DNA of 64,000 nt, from the NCBI GenBank assembly GCA_963781885.1, contig CAWAHW010000004.1, positions 1 to 64,000 on the forward strand, given 5' to 3'. Made by a program: the position numbers and the translations under genes. Positions 1 through 10,067 of this stretch are shown here, one piece after another (the first letter of the stretch is position 1; the number at the start of each line of letters is the position of its first letter). The stretch is from an uncultured Spirochaetota bacterium (GTDB lineage: Bacteria > Spirochaetota > Spirochaetia > SZUA-6 > Fen-1364). A model generated the notes under the pieces. The model was not told where the DNA came from. It saw nothing but the letters and a program-made list of their open reading frames with translations, and made no database searches.

Positions 1-1
1 T

Positions 2-1375
2 TATCGATCGCTGGGGCTATTGAGAGAGGAGTTTCCCGACGTGCCGGTTGCCGCATTCACGGCCACGGCAACCCGCCAGGTCCAGGATGACATCGTCCGC
101 CTGCTGGGCCTGAAGAAACCCTTCATCGTACGCGCGAGCTTCGACAGGCCGGAGATATTCTACCGCGTGGCCGCGAAAGTCGGAGACGCCGACGCGCAGG
201 TGCGGGACTTCGTGGCCCGACATCCCGGGGAGCCGGGTATTGTCTACCGCGCAACGCGCAAGGCCGCGGAGCGCACCGCGGAAATGCTCGCGGCGCGCCG
301 CGTCTCCGCCGTTGCCTACCACGCCGGGCTTGCAGACGAGGAGCGGCGCACGCGCCAGGACGCATTCGTGCGCGACGAGGTCGCCGTCGTGGTCGCCACG
401 ATCGCCTTCGGCATGGGCATCGACAAGCCGAATGTCCGCTGGATCGTGCACGCCGACCTGCCGCGCAGCGTGGAGGGCTATTACCAGGAAACGGGCCGCG
501 CGGCGCGCGACGGCGAGCCCGCGGAGAGCCTGCTGCTGTACGGGCCGGGAGACATCGCGTCGGTGCGGTGGCATATCGGAAAGATGGAGTCGCCGGAAGA
601 AAAGGCCCGGGCAGAGACGCGGCTGCGCGAAATCCTGCGCTACGCGGAATCGGGCGTGTGCCGCAGGATACAGCTCCTGGCGCATTTCGGGGAAAGCCAC
701 CCGGGGAATTGCGGCCGCTGCGACGTCTGCACCGGGGAGGTGGCGACCGAAGACCTTACGGAGGCCGCCCGCAAGGTGCTCTCCGCGGCGGTGCGGACGG
801 GCGAGCATTTCGGCGCGCATCACCTTGCCGACATCCTGGTCGGCGCGGCGACGGACAAGGTGCTGGACCGTGGCCACCAGGCGCTGCCCACTTTCGGGGT
901 CGGAAAGGATCACGACCGTGACTGGTGGCTGGGTCTCATCCGCGAGCTCGATGCAGGCGATTGTCTGGCGCGCGGGGAAGGCCGGACCGCCGGCTACCGC
1001 CTGACGGGCAAGGGCCGGCTCGTGCTCCTGGGCAAGCAGAGCTTCCTTGCGTCGCGAAGCCTCGGCAGGGCTTCCCGCGACAGCCCCCCTGTGCAGCAGG
1101 ATGAGCTGCCGCTGGAGCCGCTGGACGCGCAGTCGCAGGAGGGGCTTTTCCAATGCCTGCGCGCCCTGCGGCGGGAGATCGCCACGGCCAAGGGACTCCC
1201 TCCCTACGTCGTGTTCAGCGACAAGTCACTCCGCTCCATGGCGCAGAACAGGCCGTTGGATGCCGCGGGTCTCCTGCGCTGCCATGGGGTGGGCGATGCA
1301 AAGCTCGAGGCCTACGGCCCGGCATTCCTGCAGGCCATCCGCGAATGGAATACGGAAGGTCGATGCGGGCGCTGA
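2..1375 (+). CDS. recQ: ATP-dependent DNA helicase RecQ (5'-truncated by window edge)
   Basis: Motifs TATAT, VATIAFGMGIDKPNVR, YYQETGRAARDG, Zn-binding CRR...CGRCDVC, RQC region and C-terminal HRDC (PPYVVFSDKSL). The frame is open from base 2. Confidence 0.95.
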   Translation, partial: YRSLGLLREEFPDVPVAAFTATATRQVQDDIVRLLGLKKPFIVRASFDRPEIFYRVAAKVGDADAQVRDFVARHPGEPGIVYRATRKAAERTAEMLAARRVSAVAYHAGLADEERRTRQDAFVRDEVAVVVATIAFGMGIDKPNVRWIVHADLPRSVEGYYQETGRAARDGEPAESLLLYGPGDIASVRWHIGKMESPEEKARAETRLREILRYAESGVCRRIQLLAHFGESHPGNCGRCDVCTGEVATEDLTEAARKVLSAAVRTGEHFGAHHLADILVGAATDKVLDRGHQALPTFGVGKDHDRDWWLGLIRELDAGDCLARGEGRTAGYRLTGKGRLVLLGKQSFLASRSLGRASRDSPPVQQDELPLEPLDAQSQEGLFQCLRALRREIATAKGLPPYVVFSDKSLRSMAQNRPLDAAGLLRCHGVGDAKLEAYGPAFLQAIREWNTEGRCGR

Positions 1376-1479
1376 GCAATCGCGCCCAGGCACCGGGGCT
1401 TTCAACGGGCGGCGCTTTGCTCCATGATGGGTGTCGCCATCATGCATCGACGGCGTGAACATGCAAGGGAGGCCGCTCC

Positions 1480-1764
1480 ATGGCGACGACCGGGGAAATC
1501 CAGGGCCGACTCATCGAAATCCTTCACAGCCTCAAGGAGATGCCCGTTGCGACGTGGCTCCACGAGAAGCGGGAGGACGTCCAGGACATCGCGGAGACGG
1601 TCCGCTTGATGGCAGAGGTGGTGTACGCCCTTTCGTCGGAGATCGACCTCTACTCCCGCGATGAAGACGCCGACAAGGATGCCCGCAGGGAGCCCTCCCT
1701 TCCGTCGCCTGAGGAGGAAGAGCCCGCCGACCTTGAATCGCTGCCCGATGACGACGACCGCTAG
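1480..1764 (+). CDS. Small hypothetical protein (94 aa): helical N-terminus, very acidic C-terminal tail
   Basis: ATG preceded by GGGAGG; GC3-biased codons; fills the gap between recQ and the kinase. Confidence 0.6.
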   Translation: MATTGEIQGRLIEILHSLKEMPVATWLHEKREDVQDIAETVRLMAEVVYALSSEIDLYSRDEDADKDARREPSLPSPEEEEPADLESLPDDDDR

Positions 1765-1866
1765 CACGGCCCCGGGCGGGGCGCCGGCGCGGCCCTTTGC
1801 CGCTCCTGCCATTTCGGCTATGATCGGGCGGTCGCGATCGTTCGCGAGAACAGGACCACGGCACAC

Positions 1867-3645
1867 GTGAAACTCCGCGCGCGTCTCCTCATCGTTTCCG
1901 TCGGCGCCCTGCTGGTCCCGTTGCTCGTCGCCATCGCCGTGGCAGCAGCGGTGGTCGTGGCAAGCAGCGGGCGGTCGCAGGAGGCGCGGTTCCGCTCCGA
2001 GCTGGGAATGATCCAGACCGACATCGCGGATGCCGAGGCGCACTACCGAACGAGCATTGCACAGCTCGCTGTCTCCACGACGCTGCAGGACAAGCTGTAC
2101 GTCTACAACAAGTACTGGGGCTACTTCAGCAAGGTGACGCTGGACGGCGACATCGCCGTCCTCCGTGATGACCTGGAGAACTACCTGATCAAGGACGCAA
2201 TCGACACGATCGCCGTCTACAGGAGGGACGGCGACCACTACACGAGCGTGGTCGTGGTCGGCAATTCCACGTACATGCACGATACCATCCCGCGTGCCGC
2301 CCCGGCGACCCTGCTGGGAAGGCCGGAATACACGCAGACCTCGGACGGCAACTATGCGACATTCTACATGCCGGTGTTCCGCACCGGAGCGGAGATCGGC
2401 CTGATTGCGCTCCAGAAGGCCTTCAACCGCGGCTACCTGGACACCCTGCACCTGCGCTCCGGTCTCGGGATCGCTCTCTACGCGCAGGGCATGTACCGCT
2501 ATTCGTCGCTGCCGGGCATCGAGAATGCCGGGGTGTTATGGACCCGCTCGCATCCCATGACGGGCAGCCCTTTTGCCGGGACGTACACCTGGCAGCGGCG
2601 AACCATCAAGTACGTCGGCTTGTACTTCGACATCGGGCCGCTGGCAAAGAGCTTCCTGTTCGTGGGTGGTGTCTCCCCGATCACGGGAGCCTACTGGTGG
2701 AGCAATTTCACGGGTCTCTCCATCATCCCGCTGATCTGCGTCGCCATCGCCATCGTCCTTTTCTTCCTTTGGGGCAACGAGGTGATATTCGCCATTCGCA
2801 CGCTTCTTGCCGCCTCGGAGCGCGTGGGCCGCGGCGAGTACCGGGTCCGCCTGCCCGTCGAAAGACCCGATGAGTTCGGAGAGCTGTACCGCGGCTTTTC
2901 GCGCATGGCCGAGCAGCTGGAGGAGAACGCCGCCCGGCTGGAGGAGAACAAGAGGCTGCTCGTGACGAGTGAGAAAATGGCTGCCCTTGGCAGCTTCTCC
3001 GCGGGGGTCGCGCACGAGATCAACAACCCGCTGGGCATCGTGCTCAATCACGTGCAGCTCCTCCGATCGGGCAAGCTCGCGCCCGTGGAGCGGGAAGAGT
3101 TCCTGGGCCGGGTGGAGACGGAGATCAAGCGCGTGAACAGGCTGCTGCGCAATCTCCTCCACCACGCAACGGAGGAGGAGCTCGCCTTCAGCGACATCGC
3201 GCTGGACGGCGTCGTCGCGGAGGTGGTCCAGCTCTTCACCCCGAAGCTGCGCCTCAAGGGCGTGCAGGTGGAGGTCGAGCCTTTCCCGCCGCGGCCGGTC
3301 GTCGAAGGCGACGCCGATGCCATCAAGCAGGTCTTCTTCAACCTCCTCTACAACGCCATCCAGGCCATCCACCACGACCACGGCAGGGTCCGCATCGGGG
3401 CGCGCCCCGAAACGACCGGCGTGAGCGTCTGCGTCACCGACAACGGCGAAGGGATGAGCGAGGCGACACGCGCCACGATCTTCCAGCCCTTCGTCACGCG
3501 GAAGCAGGGCTACGGGACCGGCCTGGGGCTCGCCCTCAGCCAGACGATCATGAAGCAGCACGGCGGCACCATCACCGTCGCGAGCGAGCTGGATGTCGGC
3601 ACCACGGTGACGCTGTGGTTCCCGCACAAGGAGGAGGCATGCTGA
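1867..3645 (+). CDS. Membrane sensor histidine kinase (2 TM, extracytoplasmic domain, HAMP, HisKA, HATPase)
   Basis: N-terminal TM helix, HAMP (DEFGELYRGF), H-box AHEINNPL, N-box NLLYNAIQA, G-boxes DNGEG and GTGLGL. Confidence 0.92.
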   Translation: MKLRARLLIVSVGALLVPLLVAIAVAAAVVVASSGRSQEARFRSELGMIQTDIADAEAHYRTSIAQLAVSTTLQDKLYVYNKYWGYFSKVTLDGDIAVLRDDLENYLIKDAIDTIAVYRRDGDHYTSVVVVGNSTYMHDTIPRAAPATLLGRPEYTQTSDGNYATFYMPVFRTGAEIGLIALQKAFNRGYLDTLHLRSGLGIALYAQGMYRYSSLPGIENAGVLWTRSHPMTGSPFAGTYTWQRRTIKYVGLYFDIGPLAKSFLFVGGVSPITGAYWWSNFTGLSIIPLICVAIAIVLFFLWGNEVIFAIRTLLAASERVGRGEYRVRLPVERPDEFGELYRGFSRMAEQLEENAARLEENKRLLVTSEKMAALGSFSAGVAHEINNPLGIVLNHVQLLRSGKLAPVEREEFLGRVETEIKRVNRLLRNLLHHATEEELAFSDIALDGVVAEVVQLFTPKLRLKGVQVEVEPFPPRPVVEGDADAIKQVFFNLLYNAIQAIHHDHGRVRIGARPETTGVSVCVTDNGEGMSEATRATIFQPFVTRKQGYGTGLGLALSQTIMKQHGGTITVASELDVGTTVTLWFPHKEEAC

Positions 3646-4943
3646 GCCGACGCGCGTTCTCCCTGCTCATCGTCGACGACGAGGAGGGCATGCGCCTGGG
3701 TCTGGAGAAGGCCCTCTCGCTGGAAGGGTACCGGGTCACGAGCGCCGCGACAGGAGCAGAGGCCCGGCGCAAGTCGCGCGGGGAGAAGTTCGACTGCGCC
3801 TTTGTCGACCTGAAGCTCCCCGACATCGTCGGCACGGACCTGCTCTCCGACCTGCGGGACGCCGGCACCGCGGTCGTGATCATCACCGCTTTCGCCACGG
3901 TGGACACCGCGGTCCGTGCGATGAAGCTCGGGGCTGCCGACTATCTGCAGAAGCCCTTCGACAACCAGGACATCGTCGCGCTTGCGGACCGGCTCTGCTT
4001 CGGTCGCGGCGCCCGGCCCACCGGAGCGGTCTCCGGTGACGGACTGGTGGCCGCCAGCCCGGCGATGAAAAACATCGTCGGGACGCTACGCAAGGTGAGG
4101 GACTCCGAGATCCCCCTGCTCCTTCAGGGTGAGAGCGGGACGGGCAAGGAGATGCTCGCGCGGTTCGTGCACGGCCAAAGCGCACGCGCTGCGCGGCCCT
4201 TTGTCGCGATCAACTGCGCGGCCATACCGCCCGAGCTGCTGGAGAGCGAGCTCTTCGGCCACGAGAAGGGCTCCTTCACGGGGGCGCACGCCACGGTCAC
4301 CGGCAAGTTCGAGGCCGCCGGCGCCGGCACCATATTCCTTGACGAGATCGGCGACATGGGGGCGAATCTCCAGACGAAGCTCCTGCGGGCGCTGGAGGAG
4401 AGGGTCTTCGAGCCGGTCGGCTCGACGCGCGCGGTGCCGCTCGCCGCCCGCATCATCGCCTCCACGAACTCCGACCTTGCCGCGCTGATCCGGGAGAAGA
4501 AGTTCCGTCTCGACCTCTACTACCGGCTGAAAGGGGTCGCCGTCACGATCCCGCCGCTGCGCGAGAGGCGGGAGGACATCGAGCCGCTGCTCTCCCTTTT
4601 CCTCGACACCTACCGGCAACGCTACAACAAGCCCGGCGTGGAGATCAGCCGCGAGGCCTTCCGGTTCCTCGGTTCCTACCAGTGGCCCGGCAACGTGCGC
4701 GAGATGAAAAACGCCGTCGAATCCGCCGTCCTGCTTTCCGAGCAGAGTCACCCGCTGCTGCCGCGGGATTTCCTCCTGGAAGGTCCGGGCGACGCGAGCC
4801 TGCCCGAGCTGTGGCAGCATGAGCGGGAGGCGATCGTCGAGGTGCTGAAGAAGACCGGCTACAACAGGTCCATCGCTTCGCGGGAGCTGGGAATGAGCCG
4901 GAAGACCCTCTACAACAAGATGAAGCGGTACTCGATCAAGTAG
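3639..4943 (+). CDS. Sigma54-dependent response regulator (NtrC/AtoC family: REC-AAA+-Fis HTH)
   Basis: REC (LIVDDEE, DLKLP), Walker A GESGTGKE, GSFTGA loop, FLDEIGD, WPGNVRE, HTH SRKTLYNK. ATG 3639 follows GGAGG and overlaps the kinase end. Confidence 0.93.
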   Translation: MLSRRAFSLLIVDDEEGMRLGLEKALSLEGYRVTSAATGAEARRKSRGEKFDCAFVDLKLPDIVGTDLLSDLRDAGTAVVIITAFATVDTAVRAMKLGAADYLQKPFDNQDIVALADRLCFGRGARPTGAVSGDGLVAASPAMKNIVGTLRKVRDSEIPLLLQGESGTGKEMLARFVHGQSARAARPFVAINCAAIPPELLESELFGHEKGSFTGAHATVTGKFEAAGAGTIFLDEIGDMGANLQTKLLRALEERVFEPVGSTRAVPLAARIIASTNSDLAALIREKKFRLDLYYRLKGVAVTIPPLRERREDIEPLLSLFLDTYRQRYNKPGVEISREAFRFLGSYQWPGNVREMKNAVESAVLLSEQSHPLLPRDFLLEGPGDASLPELWQHEREAIVEVLKKTGYNRSIASRELGMSRKTLYNKMKRYSIK

Positions 4944-5103
4944 ACGCGGGCCTCCCGCCCGCGCATGCCCGCCCTTACTCAGTTTTACTCAATTCGTGAA
5001 AGGAGATGACCCATGGCCATGGAGCGTGCGGCCGCCGATCGCAGCGATTCTTCCATCTGTTTCGTTTACAAGGAATTATATTGCCCTCCCCCACTGCGTG
5101 TGT

Positions 5104-5119
5104 TGGCCCGATTCATGCT
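5104..5119 (+). promoter_or_regulatory. Sigma54 (-24/-12) promoter of the sugar ABC operon
   Basis: TGGCCCGATTCATGCT has GG-N10-GC spacing and matches TGGCACG-N4-TTGCW at most positions; it lies just downstream of a sigma54 activator gene. Confidence 0.7.
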
Positions 5120-5137
5120 TCAAATAGGTCAGCAGTA

Positions 5138-6145
5138 ATGCCGAACACAAAAAAAATCTTTGCGGCGACAGCTTTGATCGCCCTGCTGCTGTGCGGCGGG
5201 AATGCTTTTGCCGGCGGGCTTCGGGAAGCTTCCGGTAAGGGCACCCAGCCCTCCGCGAATGCCGCCCGACAGCTCACATTCGTGATCGTGCCGAAAGGCG
5301 TGCATCCCTACTTCGATTCGATCTACAGCGGTTTCGAGGACGCGGCCCGAAAATACGGGGTCGCCTCCGAAGTGGCGGCGCCGCCCCGGTTCGACGTGAG
5401 CCTCCAGATCAAGGTGATCGAAGACCTGATCGCCCGGGGGGTGGATGGCATCGCCATTTCGGCAAACGACGACCAGGGCCTCGTCGCGGTCATCCACGAA
5501 GCGATGATGGCGGGCATCAAGGTGATCACGGTCGATGCGCCCGCCCCCTCCAGCGAGGCCCTCACGTACATCGGGACGGACAATGAAAGCGCCGGCTACG
5601 AGGCCGGCAAGCGCATGGCCGTGACCATGGGCGGGCAGGGTTCGGTGGCCATCCTCCAGGGCGGGCTGGATGCCACGAATCTCAACAGGCGCACGGCGGG
5701 TTTCAAGCGTGCCCTGGCGGAGAGAGCGCCGCAGATCACCGTCGTGGGGGTCGTGGACGAGGGGGGAGATTTCTCGCGCTCCGTGAACGAAACGGAGGCG
5801 CTCCTGGCCGCGCATCCCCGACTGAGCGCGATTTTCAGCGTGTCCGCGGAGGGCGCACCGGCGGCCGCGGCCGTGCTGAAGCGCCGCGGCGAGGCGGGAC
5901 GGGTGACGGTCGCCGGATTCGACGACCTGGGCGACACGCTCCAGGGAATCCGCGACGGCAGCATCGTTTTCTGCGTCGTGCAGAACACCTACCGCATGGG
6001 ATGGCTTTCCGTGGAAAGGCTTCTCGACGCCGTGCACGGCAAAAGCCTCTCCCCGGTCATCGACACCGGCGTCGTCTTCGTCGACAAGCGGAACATCGAC
6101 ACGTACCGCGCGCGCATGGAGACGGACAACATCAACAATTTGTAA
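5138..6145 (+). CDS. Sugar ABC substrate-binding protein (RbsB/Peripla_BP_4 family)
   Basis: Signal peptide MPNTKKIFAATALIALLLCGGNAFA; motifs GVDGIAIS, YIGTDNESAG, AGFDD. Confidence 0.88.
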   Translation: MPNTKKIFAATALIALLLCGGNAFAGGLREASGKGTQPSANAARQLTFVIVPKGVHPYFDSIYSGFEDAARKYGVASEVAAPPRFDVSLQIKVIEDLIARGVDGIAISANDDQGLVAVIHEAMMAGIKVITVDAPAPSSEALTYIGTDNESAGYEAGKRMAVTMGGQGSVAILQGGLDATNLNRRTAGFKRALAERAPQITVVGVVDEGGDFSRSVNETEALLAAHPRLSAIFSVSAEGAPAAAAVLKRRGEAGRVTVAGFDDLGDTLQGIRDGSIVFCVVQNTYRMGWLSVERLLDAVHGKSLSPVIDTGVVFVDKRNIDTYRARMETDNINNL

Positions 6146-6194
6146 TTCAAAAGCCCCGTTGGGGCCTTCGAATCATTCTGAGGAGGTTTCGCGT

Positions 6195-7184
6195 ATGAAG
6201 TCCAGAACATTCGCAATCGCGGGGGTCGTGCTGGCCCTGGCGATGGTCGCGTCAATGGCAACGGCGCAGACCAAGTGGGCCCAGGGGGTCCACATTGTGT
6301 TCTTCCCGGGCGGGCCGCAGGGCGGCGTGTTTGCCGTGAACGTGTACAACGGCGCGAAGCAGGCGGAAGCAGACCTGGGCGTGAAGGTCGACTACGAATG
6401 GTCGAACTGGGATCCCCAGACCATGATTCAGCAGTTCCAGGAAGCCGTTGCGATGAAGCCGGACGGGATCTGCATCATGGGCCACCCGGGTGACGCCTCT
6501 TTTGACGCACTGATCGACCAGGCCGAGGCCAAGGGCATCATCGTCACAACACAGAACACGACCCTGGACAAGGCGGAAGCCAGGTACGCGGCCAAGGGCT
6601 TCGGCTACGTGGGCGCGGAAAACTATTCCGCGGGCCATGCCCTCGGGGCAGAGGCAGTGAAGCGCTTCAACCTCAAGAAGGGCGACCGCACGATGGTCTG
6701 GGGGCTGCTCTCCCAGCCCGCGCGCGGCGAGCGCACAAAGGGCGTCATTGACGCTTTGAAGGAAGCCGGCTGCGTCGTGGACTACAACGAGATCGACGCC
6801 GCCACGAACAAGGACCCGGCGGCAGGCACCCCGACATTCGCCGGCTACGTCTCTTCCCATCCGGATGTGAAGCTGGTCGTCACCGACCACGGCGGTCTCA
6901 CCGCCACGGCACAGACGTACCTGCAGGCGGCCGGCAAGAAGCCTGGTGACATCGCGATCGCAGGCTTTGACCTTTCCCCCGCCACCATTTCCGCGATCAA
7001 GGGCGGCTGGACGGGCCTCGTCATCGATCAGCAAGAGTGGCTGCAAGGCTACCTGCCGATCCTCCAGGTCTGTCTCGCGAAGGTCTACGGATTCTCCGGC
7101 CTGCACATCAATACGGGGGCTGGATTCGTCGACAAGTCGAATGTAGACTTCGTCGCGCCGCTCGCGGAAAAGAACATTCGCTAG
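6195..7184 (+). CDS. Sugar ABC substrate-binding protein
   Basis: AGGAGG SD, signal peptide, motifs KPDGICIMG, AGFDLS, IDQQEWLQGY. Confidence 0.9.
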   Translation: MKSRTFAIAGVVLALAMVASMATAQTKWAQGVHIVFFPGGPQGGVFAVNVYNGAKQAEADLGVKVDYEWSNWDPQTMIQQFQEAVAMKPDGICIMGHPGDASFDALIDQAEAKGIIVTTQNTTLDKAEARYAAKGFGYVGAENYSAGHALGAEAVKRFNLKKGDRTMVWGLLSQPARGERTKGVIDALKEAGCVVDYNEIDAATNKDPAAGTPTFAGYVSSHPDVKLVVTDHGGLTATAQTYLQAAGKKPGDIAIAGFDLSPATISAIKGGWTGLVIDQQEWLQGYLPILQVCLAKVYGFSGLHINTGAGFVDKSNVDFVAPLAEKNIR

Positions 7185-7260
7185 CGCACGAGCCTGTATG
7201 TGAACGCCCGGCACGGCGTACGGCCGCGCCGGGCTCTGTAGAGCGCGCACAGGGGGACTC

Positions 7261-8022
7261 ATGGGTTACGTTCTCCAGCTGAAAAACATCTCCAAGACCT
7301 TCGGCGAGGTCGCCGCCCTCCACGATGTGAACTTCGAGGTGGGCGACAATGAGATCGTCGGGCTCCTCGGGGACAACGGAGCGGGCAAGTCGACGCTCGT
7401 GAAGATCATCACCGGCTACCACCACCCCGACCCCGGCGGGGAAATTCTCTGGAAGGGCGCGCCTCTTTCGCACCTCACGGTCGCGCACGCCCACGAGCTC
7501 GGCATCGAGGTGGTCTACCAGGAAAGGGCGCTCGCCGACAAGCAGTCGCTGTGGCGCAACATCTTCATGGGCCGCGAGCTCACCACGGCGGGGGGGAAGC
7601 TCGACGTGCGCCGGATGCGCGCGGAAACCCTCAAGCTCATGCAGTCCGCGATGGGGTTTACCTCATCGGCCATCACGACGGAGTCCACGGTGAAGACATT
7701 CTCCGGCGGGGAGCGGCAGGGCGTTGCAATCACGCGCGCCCTCTACTTCAAGGCGGAGTTGGTGATCCTCGACGAACCGACCATGGGGCTTTCGCTTTCC
7801 GAGACGAAGAAAGCCCTTGATTTCGTCAGGAGCATCCGCGAAGCCGGCAAGTCAGCAATCTTCATCGACCACAACATTTTCCATGTTTACCCCGTGGCGG
7901 ACAGGATCGTCGTCCTTGACCGCGGGACCATCGCCGGCCAGTTCATGAAGAACGAGCTCACCCTCCAGGAGCTCACCGACCGCCTCTACGCGGTGGCAAA
8001 AACCGGAAACCTGAGTACCTGA
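7261..8022 (+). CDS. Sugar ABC transporter ATP-binding protein (single NBD)
   Basis: GDNGAGKST, FSGGERQ, ILDEPT. Confidence 0.93.
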   Translation: MGYVLQLKNISKTFGEVAALHDVNFEVGDNEIVGLLGDNGAGKSTLVKIITGYHHPDPGGEILWKGAPLSHLTVAHAHELGIEVVYQERALADKQSLWRNIFMGRELTTAGGKLDVRRMRAETLKLMQSAMGFTSSAITTESTVKTFSGGERQGVAITRALYFKAELVILDEPTMGLSLSETKKALDFVRSIREAGKSAIFIDHNIFHVYPVADRIVVLDRGTIAGQFMKNELTLQELTDRLYAVAKTGNLST

Positions 8023-8032
8023 GGAGAAACCG

Positions 8033-9043
8033 ATGAGCTCTGAAGAGATCGCGCGCCCGCTTTCGCGCAGCGCCCAGAGGGGACCCGTTGTAAGATTCCT
8101 GAGGAAATACGCGCTCCAGCTCGGCATCTTCGCCGTCGCCCTGATCGTCTGGGTGCTGTTCCTCATCGGAGCCCCGCGCACCTTCCTGTCGAAGGAAATC
8201 TACATCTCCTTCATGTCCACGACTCCCTTCTTCGCGCTGATTGCAATTCCCCTCACGCTCGTCGTCATCACCGGAGAGATCGACCTCTCCTTCGCCTCGG
8301 TGATGTCATTCGGCATGGTGGGATACAACGTCGTCTTCGTTGCCACGGGAAGCGTCTGGCTGGGGTTCTTCGCCTGCCTCGTCTTCGGGCTCATCGCGGG
8401 ACTCATCAACGGCCTGATCGTGGTGAAGTTCGGGGTGCCCTCCCTGGTGGCCACCATCGGCACCTGGTACCTCTTTCGCGGGGTGGTGCTCGTGATCACG
8501 AACGGCGCGGGATTGGGCCTGACGGAGACAACGAACACGGCGCTGCACGACATCTTCGTCGGCAGGGCCTTCGGCGTGATCCCCATGCAGTTTTTCTGGA
8601 CCATCGGGATCGGGGTGATCATCTGGTTCTTTCTCAACCGGCACCGGTTTGGAGCCCACGTGTATCTCACCGGCGACAACATCGAGAGCGCCCGGCTCAT
8701 GGGCGTGAACGTCGGACGGGTGAAGATCTACACCTTCGTGATCGTCGGGCTCGTGGCCGCATTTGCCGGCTTTGTCGTGAGCGCCGAGCTCCTCTTCTAC
8801 TGGCCCACGGTCGGTGACGGCTACCAGCTCACGACAATAGCATCCGTCTTCCTTGGCGGCACGTCGGTGTTCGGCGGCACGGGGACCATATTCGGCACCT
8901 TTGTCGCCTCATTCATCATCGGGGCCATCAACGCGGGGATCGTCGCCTCCGGCCTCACCAACTTCTGGACGCAGCTCATTTACGGCCTCATCATCGTCGC
9001 GTCGGTCTCGCTCCAGACGCTGATCGGCCGCAGGCTGAAATAG
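8033..9043 (+). CDS. Sugar ABC transporter permease (RbsC family)
   Basis: Multiple TM helices; GEIDLS, GDNIESARLMG, GGTSVFGGTG. Confidence 0.93.
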   Translation: MSSEEIARPLSRSAQRGPVVRFLRKYALQLGIFAVALIVWVLFLIGAPRTFLSKEIYISFMSTTPFFALIAIPLTLVVITGEIDLSFASVMSFGMVGYNVVFVATGSVWLGFFACLVFGLIAGLINGLIVVKFGVPSLVATIGTWYLFRGVVLVITNGAGLGLTETTNTALHDIFVGRAFGVIPMQFFWTIGIGVIIWFFLNRHRFGAHVYLTGDNIESARLMGVNVGRVKIYTFVIVGLVAAFAGFVVSAELLFYWPTVGDGYQLTTIASVFLGGTSVFGGTGTIFGTFVASFIIGAINAGIVASGLTNFWTQLIYGLIIVASVSLQTLIGRRLK

Positions 9044-9046
9044 CGG

Positions 9047-9454
9047 TTACCGCCAGACAAGCGCGCGCCCGGCCGCGCAGGCAGGGCACGCGCAACCCTT
9101 CGGCTTGATGTAGGCGTCGAAATACTCCTTGCCGTAATCGTAGGTGAGCTCCTCCCCCGGGGCGATCTTCCGCAGGGCGTAGATGCGTATCTTTTTGCCG
9201 CGGGTGTAGGCAACGCAATTCGGCGCGCAGGAGTGATTGATATAGCGGCTCAGGTTTTCCCGGCCCGTGCCATCGATGGTCCAGCGGGAGTTCACCCGGA
9301 AAAGGTACCGACCGCCCTTGCGGTCGGCCTCGTCGTTGGGCAGCAGCGTGCCCGTGTACTCGATGACGAAATCGCCCTTCGCGAACGCGCTCCCCGCGAA
9401 AAGTCCGAGGCCGATCGGCGTTTTTCGGATCACGAAGTCGGTGCGTGCAGTCAT
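9047..9454 (-). CDS. SET-domain protein (putative lysine methyltransferase) with post-SET Cys motif
   Basis: GLGLFA, RYINHSCAPNC, GEELTYDY, CACPAC. Confidence 0.9.
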   Translation of the reverse strand: MTARTDFVIRKTPIGLGLFAGSAFAKGDFVIEYTGTLLPNDEADRKGGRYLFRVNSRWTIDGTGRENLSRYINHSCAPNCVAYTRGKKIRIYALRKIAPGEELTYDYGKEYFDAYIKPKGCACPACAAGRALVWR

Positions 9455-9472
9455 GCGGTGAGCGTCTCCGTT

Positions 9473-9943
9473 TCAGAACTCGAGGTTGCGCTGGAGGTAC
9501 TGCGAGTAGTCGCGGCGGGCCGGGACGTAGTCTTCGTCCATCAGGGCGGAGGAAATGATGAAGTCGGCGGAGGACCTGTTGCAGGCGGCCGGGATGTTGT
9601 AGAGGACGGAGATGCGGAGGAGCGCCTTGACGTCCACGTCATGGGGCTGCGGCTGCATCGGATCCCAGAAGAAGATGAGGATGTCGATCTTTCCGTCCGC
9701 GATCATGGCGCCCAGCTGCTGGTCGCCGCCGAAAGGCCCAGATTTCAGGAGCGTCATGACGGGCATCGCGTGATGGCCGTCTTCCGTCTTCTGGACGAGC
9801 GCCTCCTCGACGAGCCTTCCCGTGGTACCCGTGCAGATGAGATGGTGATTGATGAGGACCCTCCAGTTCCATCCCACCCACTCCACCATGTCTTTCTTGC
9901 AGTTGTCGTGCGCGACAAGCGCGATGTTTTTCTTCACACCCAT
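9473..9943 (-). CDS. mgsA: Methylglyoxal synthase
   Basis: IALVAHD, TGTTG, SGPFGGDQQLG, FFWDP, PHDVDVKALLR. Confidence 0.95.
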   Translation of the reverse strand: MGVKKNIALVAHDNCKKDMVEWVGWNWRVLINHHLICTGTTGRLVEEALVQKTEDGHHAMPVMTLLKSGPFGGDQQLGAMIADGKIDILIFFWDPMQPQPHDVDVKALLRISVLYNIPAACNRSSADFIISSALMDEDYVPARRDYSQYLQRNLEF

Positions 9944-10067
9944 GAGTCCCTCCATGAACCGCGCCGGTCGCCGGCGTCCTGGCCGGTGGGGATAAGGTAA
10001 CGTCGTCTCCGGCGCATGACAATCGAGCGATTGCAGGAGCGCGACCCGCGAGCGTTCGTTCCCGCGG

